A DNA stretch of 61,990 nucleotides, counting the filler, from Choristocarpus tenellus KU-1152 (lineage: Eukaryota > Protista > Phaeophyceae), in assembly GCA_964200185.2 (NCBI GenBank). It is 11 parts of 11 records of this genome, joined end to end, with 100 filler letters (N's around TTAATTAATTAA, not from the genome) between each part and the next. Parts side by side here need not be neighbours in the genome. Positions count along the whole stretch, not along the records: positions 49,606 to 53,644 come from CAXNAD020016536.1; positions 53,745 to 56,512 come from CAXNAD020024916.1; positions 56,613 to 61,990 come from CAXNAD020010985.1; 8 more parts are not named here. The stretch is one strand, 5' to 3'. Under the pieces are notes generated by a model. The model was not told the origin of the DNA, did not search any database, and saw nothing but the letters and a program-made list of their open reading frames with translations. How positions within the stretch are numbered: the stretch's first letter is position 1; every line of letters starts with the position of its first letter. Positions 52,204 to 61,990 of the stretch are shown here, one piece after another. Both the position numbers and the translations under genes were made by a program.

Positions 52204-53644
52204 CTACCTCAGTGCGGTAAGTCTGTGCCGCATTGTCCGTAACGTTTGAAGATGTTCATGAAATTCATTTCTGAAAGAAGATTTGGAATCCTTGACAAAG
52301 TTATGGTTAGGGTCAGCTCCTTTTATTTTTATTACTCCCCATCCATCACAATTTTATCAGTTACAGAAAAAGCCTCCATGTCTACCTTCGGTGTGTTTTC
52401 AAGCTCACCAGACAACTTCCTCTTCCTTTACCCCTGTGTGCTCCACACTGAAGTCATTCCCCCCTTTGTATCAAAGTACTTGATTGTTCGCCATAAAAAG
52501 GAGCTGCCAAGTCATTTCAAGTGTGGTTTCATCATACTCTTCATACTGTTTCTTAATGACCTTCACCATCTCCTCGATGGACCCAAACCGCTCCCCCATC
52601 ACCCAGCATTTCAAAGACCTGAAGAAGCACAGGTCCATGATATTGACGTCGGGGGGAGTAAGATGACTGCATCACGAGCCTAATCGACCACCCATCAATC
52701 TTCCCTGCCCCTGACAAGATTTCTGAGTTTCCCCTGCCCGTATGGGGGGTGGCACTGTCTTGCTGAACGACAACGTGCTTCCCCTGCAACCAAGGCATCT
52801 TGGTCTTGATTGCAGACAGTAACTCCTCCGTGTACCACTTCCTGTATCACAAATGGTCTGAAGTACAATCATGCTCATACACAACTCTCTTTTTATGGTT
52901 CTTGCTTGTCCTGTCTGCCGTTTTGGGCGCACACACACCAAGCTTTCTATCAAAGCTGGGAGCCGAATGTGGGCGAGCATTGGCTGCAATGATCATGGTT
53001 TGGGGGATATGATTCTTGTGCCGCACAGTAGGGGACCCTGGAAGGTCGCTATCATGCTCATGTGGAAACACCTTAACCCTTTCCCCATCAGCCATCACTT
53101 AAAAACACGTTTCGCCCACATGGATTGTGTTCGCTATGGGGGCGTCCACACCACGTTTCCGGTCCACCTGATCGCAAACAAAGTATATTCTCCATACCTT
53201 TTGCCACGATTAAAGCTTAGGTATGATCCAGCAGCGATTCAGCATGGCCTCCATATCACCCAACCACCTGTTTATGGTGCTCATGGTATAATTCAGCCCC
53301 TTGGTGGTCATCTTCATTGTCACCTGACGCACTGTGGATGACCGATTATCGGAGTTGATACTATGTATTGTGGCCATCTTGGTCGGTGTGAGCTCCAAAG
53401 GCCTCCCCCTACGTGCTGCCACCACTAGGTCAAGCATGTGGCCACAGGCAAGCTGATCGGCAACATTCTCCAAGAGCCCTCACATGTAACACTCGGACAC
53501 TACAAACTCTGCCTCGAGGGCCGGCCCAACATGTTGTGGCAGTATATGCTCACCAGGGACCATTGCGAGGGCGTGTCGCACTGCAAGTGCAACCCTGGTA
53601 TTCAGGGACACTTACTTGGGCACCCTTCCTACGGGGGGGGGGTC
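52204..53644 (-). mobile_element. Decayed Tc1/mariner transposon, plant-mariner (DD39D-like) type, with 3' TIR
   Basis: IHVGETCF, HKNHIPQTMIIAANARP, RTSKN, VVVQQDSATPH, SPDVNIMDLCFFRSL and GGNDF. The end TA|CTACCTCAGT resembles the Stowaway-type TIR CTCCCTCCGT. Confidence 0.88.
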
Positions 53645-53843
53645 NNNNNNNNNNNNNNNNNNNNNNNNNNNNNNNNNNNNNNNNNNNNTTAATTAATTAA
53701 NNNNNNNNNNNNNNNNNNNNNNNNNNNNNNNNNNNNNNNNNNNNTCCAAAACTCTCCCTTCCCCCCCCCCCCCCGCAGTTTGCACCCACTTGCTTGCCCC
53801 ATTCCTGTACTTATGTATGTATGTATGTATTATTTCCTTGCAG

Positions 53844-56122
53844 GGCTTGTTCTTCTATCCTTTCAAGGGATAGAGGGAGGAAGGGACGGTCGTTCAACAG
53901 TCTTCAGTGTGATCCGGGGCTGCAACAGCTCCTCCCTCACTTTTGCAACTTCATTCAGGCCAAGGTGTTTGTTTTGTATTGGGTGGGATGGCACTTTTGT
54001 TTCTATGGAGTATACCTCAGTTTGCTCACATACCCCACCCCAGTGCATCTAGCTTGTACGCAGGGGCTTATATTTTCCGTTTCTGGTGTAGATTGTAGTG
54101 CTTGATATTAGTACTAATGTAGTAGGTGGTTTTTTACACATAAGTGGTGTACTTATGATTTGGAGTTGATTATCTTGTGTATTGTATTGATGGAGATGCC
54201 TACAGTTATCTTGGCTTGTTGCTGACTGGGGGAGGGGAGGGGGGGGGAGGGACATGTTAAATGTTGTAACATTTGTATGATTATTATTAATATTAGATGA
54301 CTCTCCTCAAGATTAGCATTGGGTTTTTTTTATATTTTAATTATTTTTGAACGACACCGCTGTTGCCGTTTTTCACCACTTGGCAATGTAGTATTTTGTT
54401 ATGTTTGACTTTTTGGTTATTTGAAACAGTAGTAGAGTATTGTTGCTATCATCTCAAGAGATGTACTGTTGTTTCTGTTGTCACCATTTGACAAATTATT
54501 TTTATTATTATAGTTAGTATTAGTAGTGGTAGTAGTAGTAGTAGTAGTATTAGTAGTAGTGATAGTAGTATTTGTTATTATTATTTGAAGAAGTTGATTG
54601 TGACAACATCACTGTTAACGTTTGGTATACAAATGTTAACACCTCAGCTCGAAATCTAAGAGCGGCCCTTAGAGCCTTAATAGGAGGTGGTACACTGTGT
54701 GAATGCCTTAGATTTGGAATGCGTCAGTATGTTCGGGTTATATATATAATTCAAAAGTTCCAGCTCTGGTGCAATTTTTTTTTTGTTAAGAATTCAAGCC
54801 GAGGGGTTGATTTTTTTTTTTCCCCTGTGTAGGTTGTGATGATAATAAAAAAATATTTATGTAACAATGGACGAGGGGAGGGGTATGTGTTCTTGCCGGC
54901 GACTCCTCATTGGAGGGATGAAGGGATGAAGGAGACATACGTGTAAACGTGTACAACCTGTTCTTGAGAGGGGCGGGGCGTGTCTGTGAGCACACGCTCG
55001 TGTATTTTATTTTATTTTTACTTGAATATGCGTGTATGAGACTGGTGGGAAAGCGTGGATTGGAGTTTCGGCCCTGGATGGTATTATATATATATATATA
55101 TATATATATATCAGTGGAGAAAGGAATAAGTATTTAGTGTGGTGAAATGAGAAAATATTCAACCGTGATTATTTAAGTTGGGTATAGAAAAAAAAAAGTT
55201 GATTGATTTGATTTGATTTGATTTGATTAGATTCAATAGGGTTGAAATGAACTGTATGCTCATAGGATGGTGTAAAGCGAGGCAAGGAGTAGAAAGACTC
55301 AACAGGTCCGACGGTAGCTCAGCAGGCACTTCCAAAGTCTTTATGAAATGTGAAACGTGAAGTGTTGGTGTGTGGGTGTGTTGTGTGTATTGGTGGTGAC
55401 ACCTACCTCGTGACAAAACAAGTTTTTTTTTGTGTGTGTGTGTGACCTCTGATGCATTCGTCAGTCACACGCTTCTTACACGTTACATTGTGATTAATAT
55501 ATATATATATATATGTATTTAGTAATAACCTGACCTCTTTTTTTTATTTCAGTTTATTTATTATTTACTATTATTTTAGGTTGTTCCGATTTTTTTTTAA
55601 TTGAAGGCAATTGAACTGTTGTGATTTACGGCATTAGTAAAAAAATCCTTTTTTTTTTTTACCCTGGAGTTATGAGTTGTTGGGGGGGTGGGGGGGTGGG
55701 AGGGGGAGTGAGCAGTTCCTTGTAAGCTGTTTTTTTGTTGGGGAGGAAGTACTGTGTATGTGGATGATATGTCTTTTTTTGCATTTATTATTTTATAAGT
55801 GTGTACCTGAACGTTTTTGAATTATTTTTCTGAAACTAATATGATATTTTTTAGTTTTTTTTTATTCCAGAAAAGGTCTGTTCTCAACAGTAGTATTTAT
55901 TGCTCTTCCATGGATATGTAATGCGTAATAAGCTGTAATTACTTGGTAGTTCTTAAACACATCCTTTGTTTTTTTTCATTATTAATGTTAGTGTGTGTGT
56001 GTATGCATGAAAAGGCTGTGGAGATACTGATGATGGAGAAGGACCCAGGGCAGCTGATGGCGCTGCTGGAGATGTGTCACTGCCTCCTCCTCAACCAACA
56101 CTTTCACTTCCTGGAGATATAT
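53844..56122 (+). CDS. TAF6: TAF6-like TFIID/SAGA subunit, HEAT region, partial (exons 53844-53964, 56015-56122)
   Basis: SFNSLQCDPGLQQLLPHFCNFIQAK/AVEILMMEKDPGQLMALLEMCHCLLLNQHFHFLEIY matches TAF6 AL.S..TDPGL.Q.LP.F..FI...L..LM.M..AL..N..L.LE.Y. Confidence 0.8.
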
Positions 56123-56612
56123 GTAAGCCCATATTATTATTATGGTATAATAGGTGAATTTTCTATATACATATACATATACAGAAGTTAAAGCATTTTT
56201 AATAAATCATAAAAATCAAATTATGTGTATGTAGGTTCATGCCGGAACTAGTTAAATTCAAATATTTGTGTACTTACATTCAAGCTTACATATGTACATG
56301 GTTGAAGGATATCTTTTAAAAGAAACCTAAATTTAGTTCTAAATCCTTGGGTGCAGATTTGTGCAATGCTAAGTCCGTTTGAAATCTAAGCATACAGATA
56401 CACTTGAAGCATCTAATATCTAATACATTAAAAAAAAGAACGAAAAGGAAGTGATAGATCTTCCTGTGTGCTGCCACCCTCCCCCCCCCCCCCCCCCCCC
56501 AGGAGCGCCCCCNNNNNNNNNNNNNNNNNNNNNNNNNNNNNNNNNNNNNNNNNNNNTTAATTAATTAANNNNNNNNNNNNNNNNNNNNNNNNNNNNNNNN
56601 NNNNNNNNNNNN

Positions 56613-57314
56613 GAAACCGCACGATTCAAAAGTACTGCAGACTCATCTCGGGAAACCTGGGCCCTTTGAGAGACTTTGCTTTCCCTGCCCCCGGTCTCGA
56701 ATGGAGTTGCTCCATGATTTTCTCTTCTTCAGCCCGGATTTTCCTCACGGTCCTTTCGGCGATGTTGATTTTTTTTGCAACGAAAGTGACTGAGCTTCTT
56801 GTTCTTGGTGGTCAAGCACTTCTGACTTCGTGTCCAATGTCAAGTTGGACTGCTTTGATCCATGGCCCCTCCTGGAAGGGGCACTATATTTCTGCATCAA
56901 CAACAGTCTGGCAGCATTAGCACATCCTGAAGTCCATGTACGAAGCTGCGATGGAACAACAGATAAGTGCTGTTAGTCACTGCTCTGAGCACTGTACGAT
57001 GGAAACTGTCAAGGATCCCGACCAGTGTCTCTTGCCCCTCTGCAAGGCTAAAAGCTGAGTTGGGGACCCCTCAACATTACTCCTACTGATTCGACCTCTC
57101 CACTGCAGCTACTGTCACCAACCTGGACACCCCCTGCGCCAATTTCCAAACCGTCCTCCTGTCCCCACCTGACCACCACTCGATGCCCCCACCCCACCAC
57201 CATTCCAAAGCTTTTGATGGAACATTCGTAAATCCCTGTGTCTACTGAGGAGGTAGTCGACTACCTCCTCGGTAGGCACAGGGGTTTATTAGTGTTCTAA
57301 AACAAACGCTACTG
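56613..57314 (-). mobile_element. 5' end of a decayed pogo/Tigger-like transposon
   Basis: Frameshifted CENP-B-type HTH: KQSNLTLDTKSEVLDH..SVTFVAKKINIAERTVRKIRAEEEKI...KSLKGPRFPE. Terminus TA|CAGTAG on the minus strand at 57314. Confidence 0.72.
57229..57288. repeat. 60-bp near-perfect palindrome, possibly a piggyBac-type mini-MITE
   Basis: TAAATCCCTGTGTCTACTGAGGAGGTAGTC|GACTACCTCCTCGGTAGGCACAGGGGTTTA. Confidence 0.85.
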
Positions 57315-57859
57315 TAATGGGATCGAATCCTGGCATGGATACATGGTTACACATCCGTCAAAAGGCTAAACGCGCCGCCAGGATACACAATCTCACATTA
57401 GTAACTGCCTTGCCGAAGTTGGTCGCTGATTAGAGGAATAGCAACCCTCGGGCGAAACCTCATCAAGTCTAACAGCACCAACATGCAATCGAAATGGCTT
57501 CTCTCAATCCACATTTTCACATGTCCATGTTAACGTCTGCAACTTGCCCATGCCCTTCACACAGACAATTGTCATATAATGTGTCCAAGCCGGGACGTAA
57601 ATGAACCCCCCCACCACGATTCCAATATGACTGCCCCCAGGTGTGAGAGGACCATCCTCGAGCCCCTCGGTGAGCAGTCCACAGGTGGTTCAGAAAAGGT
57701 GGTTGTAAACCTTTTTGTGTGGATGGAACATGCGATATTTGTGATTGAACTAAGCACCCCATGTGGAAGTGCCCTCGTATGATCAACGCCCACAGCGCCA
57801 TGGTAACATATAATGAGTTTTGTCTACGCATACATCCCGATTGTGGAGGGGGACCTAGA

Positions 57860-58831
57860 AGGAAAGACCTCCAATGAGATCAAGGTGCGTGCGAGGCGTG
57901 GCTATGTAAGGGAAACCCAATAACTGTGCAAAATAGGACAATAGTGAAAAGTGTACCTTATTTTGTGTATATGAGATTGTTGTGTTGAATTGAGTCCTTG
58001 TGATGTAACTAATGAGATAGTACATCCGGATTATGTATGGGATTATGTATTGGTATTTATTCTGCATTCAACTACTTCGACATAACCGTTGACTTACATA
58101 GGAAGCACAAATAAATAATAAACAAGCAATAAGAAGACACCCCACAAAGGTCACTCTTCTAATTTCAACCATGTAATCACGTTCAGCAAAGGGGGTCGTG
58201 TGAGGCTTCACACCTTCTTATCTTCACTACTTATAAATAGCGTTACCTCCAAAGGTAATTGCAAAATAACACAATATGTCAAATAACATTTCATATCCCC
58301 ATTGTTGTAATATTATACAGGTTGCTCTGGCCCACATAAACAACACTTTCATTTCAACAACACGCCCCCGCTAACACTGCACACAACCCCTGTCTTCAAC
58401 TTCCATGCCTAAGGCACTATCCTCTCGTCTTGGGCTCGTAACCCTCAATGGCACAACGAAGGATGAAATAATCGAGAGGATCAAGGAGAAGTACACGGTA
58501 TTCAGGGCCAAGAATATCACAACTGACGACTTTATCCTCGCCACTTGCATGGCGGGCGAGTCAAACCCCATCTTGAGGAGGACAAGAACCGAAGAGAATG
58601 ACGACAAAGATGACACAGGGTGTTCAGAGAAGGCCAACACAAAGCGAAAGGTCAGTATGTCGTCATCAGAAGCAAAGGGATGTGGTGAGCACCGAATGTG
58701 TGTGACGATATATATTCGTCTTTCCTGTACTAAACCCCATCCCACATACTGCAGCAACAACAAACACGGTTTTCCACAGCAGGAAACATGTTACTTGGTA
58801 GGAATGGGTCCCCTTGTTCCAATTTGTAACA
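57860..58831 (-). mobile_element. Putative solo LTR (972 bp) inserted in the transposase
   Basis: Begins TGTTACA on the minus strand. Flanks CTAGA/CTTGA (5-bp TSD with one mismatch). Removal gives a continuous IVEGDLDPTERTAPP. Part is homologous to the Gypsy 3' LTR region. Confidence 0.65.
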
Positions 58832-59390
58832 CTTGACCCCACAGAACGTACTGCTCCCCCTCTGTACGATCAAGTTCTGTTCCCCCGGACGGAGGGGTTC
58901 CCCACACTCCTTGAGGTCCTCTTCACCAATTTCCACCGCAATTTTTCCCTTCATCACAACACAATCATCTGGCAGGCGCGACAGTATAAGCATTGCAAAT
59001 CCCACCTCCGGAAAGGCCACGCTGCCATGTCCATTGACTTCAGTTCCCAACTTCCACACCACCACCAGGACCTGATACAGCAAGAATTTTTCAATCTACT
59101 GTCGACAGCGCTCCTGATCATTGTTTGGTGGTTGAGGGACACGAGTGAAGGGGGAGGTTTGGGGAAGGGAAGGATCTGGGCTCACAGCACTACAATTTGT
59201 GTGAAGACCGGAGTCAGGACAACAAGTTTGTCCTGAACGTTGTGGAGATCTTCATGGTCAGTCACCTATTATCTTTGGCCCGGGAATATGGTCAGACCCT
59301 GGAGGTCCTCCACATCTGGTCCGATGGCTGCAGTTTAAGAACCTGTGGCAGATGTGGTGGGTTTCCCAGGCGACTGCGAGGATGGGAATT

Positions 59391-59649
59391 GAGCCAAAGT
59401 ATCTTAGAGGGTAGATTCACGTCCATTTTGGGGCCAAAATCCAAATGTTGCGATTTTGATGTAATTTTGGCTGTTGTGTTTGTTGGAAGTGTCAATATCC
59501 ATGTTCCGGACACATCTTCTCATAACGTGTACACTTTACCTACTCCTAAACATTCAAAGTAGGAAAATGTCATAAAAGAACTCAATGGAATCCAAGCCCC
59601 AAAATGGACAAACAGGGCAAAGCTCGTACCCTCTAAGATACATTCACTC
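59391..59649 (+). mobile_element. MITE family A, full copy (259 bp), inside the transposase catalytic domain
   Basis: TIRs GAGCCAAAGTATCTTAGAGGGTA / TACCCTCTAAGATACATTCACTC with flanks AATT/GATT. Removing the element plus 4 bp restores MGIAVVHNF. Confidence 0.92.
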
Positions 59650-61972
59650 GATTGCAGTAGTGCACAACTTCTCCTCCTGGTGCCACGGTAAATACATGTC
59701 AGATGGACTTGGAGCTGTGGTGAAGTTAGCCATCAGGAGACTGGAGCTGAACGGGGTACGGATGCCAGGAATCTCGTCCTTGGTAGAGACAATGAAGGCC
59801 ACCAAGACACAGTATACGCAGAGGGATCCACCGCCAGAGGAAGAGGGGCGCGCCTCCATAGGAACTGCAATGTTCCTCCAGGACAGATTGTCGTCACCAA
59901 GGTCGGCATCCCCCCCATCCACACACTGAGTACATCCTCCCATTTATTCCATATACGTTATATAATCTCCAATTAGTATCGATATTTCTTGGTACATCCC
60001 TCTACTCTCCTGAAGTACAAAATCTCTCGAATCCTAGCAATTAACTGCTACAACTCGCCTTCACAATCAGGACATAAACAGAAATGACAAATCGACTGAT
60101 ACGCACTTCTCCACAAACCACCACATACGAGGAGTGTCAACACCTTCGTTCCAACATCCAACCCTGTGTGTGTTTCTGCCTCTAACTTTGGAAGGACACG
60201 AACGAAGATATGTCGTTGCTGAGTTTCAATCACCGTCTACACATCAGCATCACCATTAAAAAAGTCAATCCTACTACACTATATTCAACACTGTTCTCTC
60301 TCGCGCTCGATCATTCCGCAACATTGATATCCTCGTACTAAACACAGTGAGGAGTATATACATCTAACTTCCTGCCACACGACAACACCATACCCCTTAG
60401 GACTGGGTGGACAGCGACGGAAGAGTACATAGCAGGACATTCGCTAAATTACTCCAGAACAATGATTCCATCAGGAGACAGGAGATCGTTCACCTCCCGA
60501 CATACAAGATCGATTGGAAGGGACGACATGATCACCGCGTTCCCCCTTCCAGCGGCATCAAGTCCGTGCACAGGTTCTTTACCAGTCCTCGTGCCAACGG
60601 TAATTCATCCAAGGCCATGTACTCCGAGATGTTGTGCTACTGTACCAGCTGTTCAATTGGCAATGTCGCGGGCTGCAAGTGGCAGCGCACTCACGTGCCT
60701 ATATTGAAGGAGATCTATCTCGGATTTTCCCACGAGGACGACGTGGGTGACATGTACCTTAGGAACCATCTCTCTAGGAAGAAGAGGCAGCTCGCAGTGG
60801 GGAATGTATGCATTGTGCGGACGGAGCCATTGCAATACAATGGGTTGGAGTTCCTGCCGTTCAATATACACGAGAAGGAGACCGTGAAATGGAACGCCAG
60901 GGACCATTCCAGCTACGGAGGGATGTTTATTGCTGGGGATGAGGTGGTGTTTTTGAGGGAAGACTTCGAGATATTGACTGCCACTTTCGTTGATGGAGTG
61001 CCGAGACAGTTCGCCTCTCACGTGCGGATCGGGTGAGGCACCCGAGATTCTTACTAAATACTATTCTGTTGTAAGTACAAACGAAAATGCGTACAATTAT
61101 TTTGAAACAAAAAAATCACGTATGTTGGAGAATTTTACAATAATATATTCTAAATGATAATTATTCTGTGTAGAATTTTTTCCCTTCAAGTTTGTGATTG
61201 TTTATATTCATTTTTGGCTCATATTAGCATGGGCACGAAAACCCACGAAACACCTGTCCACTATGAACACTGTCTGTCTCTCACATGATGTTCTTCAAGG
61301 TCTAATCCATCACCCTAAGCCCATCGACACAAAAAACGTGATTGCTCTGCAGGCCGCTCAACTGGGTCCCCGTGTCGTCCCCCTTAAGGCTATCCCCGAC
61401 CCTGACTTCACACACCGTCGTCGTAACAACCTCGACGATACCTACACCATCCTCCCTGATCAATATCAGAGATTCACTGCGGAATCCAATCGGCAATCCT
61501 TCGGCGGGATCCCTATTCGCTTCTCGAGACAACGCAGACGTGGAGACACATCCAATGCCAAGTTTGGTCGAGGCACCACTTTCATCCTTATGCGGGAGTG
61601 GAGATGCTATCTTCCGGGGGCAAGTCCGCGACGTTGACATCGACGATTCCGGGCATGTATATCTGCTCTGTGCGTTACCAAGGTGAGCATGACGAGACCT
61701 CCTTGCCGCCTGGACTGAGGTCGTTCATGATAGAGGACGAGATCGAGGAGGGGCCCGAACAATTACGGGAAAAGGAGAAAAGGGACCGCGATAAGACTGC
61801 AGCCCAGCGTGCCAACGAACGCAGGGTGCGGATGACTCTACAGGCGAGTCGTAGAGAGGAGGAGAAGGATACCGAGACATACATCCTCCTCGAACCATCA
61901 TTGAGAGTTGTGCCATTTTTGGACGGGGAAGGGATACTGTATTCAAGAGCCAAGGGCATGGGACTGTACTTG

Positions 61973-61990
61973 GGTCAAAGTATCTTGGGG
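61973..61990 (+). mobile_element. MITE terminus at window end
   Basis: GGGTCAAAGTATCTTGGGG-like terminus matching the family motif. Confidence 0.6.

Larger units (their letters stand above)
57520..61972 (+). pseudogene. Sola2-like DDD transposase, disrupted by nested insertions, probably intron-containing
   Basis: CVDGTCDIC...CP; LHHNTIIWQARQY; IDFSSQL...Q.EFF; HIWSDGC/QFKN; HNFSSWCHGKYMSDGLGAVVK; GIKSVH...CYCTSC.....C. The DF / SDG..QFKN / HGK...DG triad is the signature I associate with Sola2. Confidence 0.7.

Noticed and set aside
54572-54735. Extra TAF6 exon (VNTSARNLRAAL...)
   Set aside because: The flanking exons already join in phase and follow the TAF6 pattern without it.

Overview
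This is eukaryotic, intron-rich, repeat-rich draft sequence, not one locus. Eleven contigs are joined by ten artificial 100-bp linkers (N44-TTAATTAATTAA-N44), so adjacency across linkers means nothing. IFT144, TTAGGG repeats and a DIRS/Ngaro element suggest a flagellated alga, possibly a brown alga or relative (inference only). Spliced host genes recovered by eye: partial WD40, MFSD6-like MFS transporter, ferlin-like C2, WDR19/IFT144 and TAF6-like genes, two unidentified fragments, and an apparently complete ~1400-aa low-complexity orphan gene. Decayed mobile elements: a chromodomain Ty3/Gypsy element and a relative, a DIRS/Ngaro element, a plant-mariner-like element, a pogo 5' end and a Sola2-like transposase. 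The best lead is a Sola2-like transposon/MITE system. About 15 short elements in three families share the terminus GRGYCAAAGTA, several with 4-bp TSDs, and one interrupts the transposase itself. Other leads are a mixed-orientation hairpin array, a 450-bp structured tandem array and LTR-associated antisense ORFs. All family assignments come from motif recognition, not database searches.
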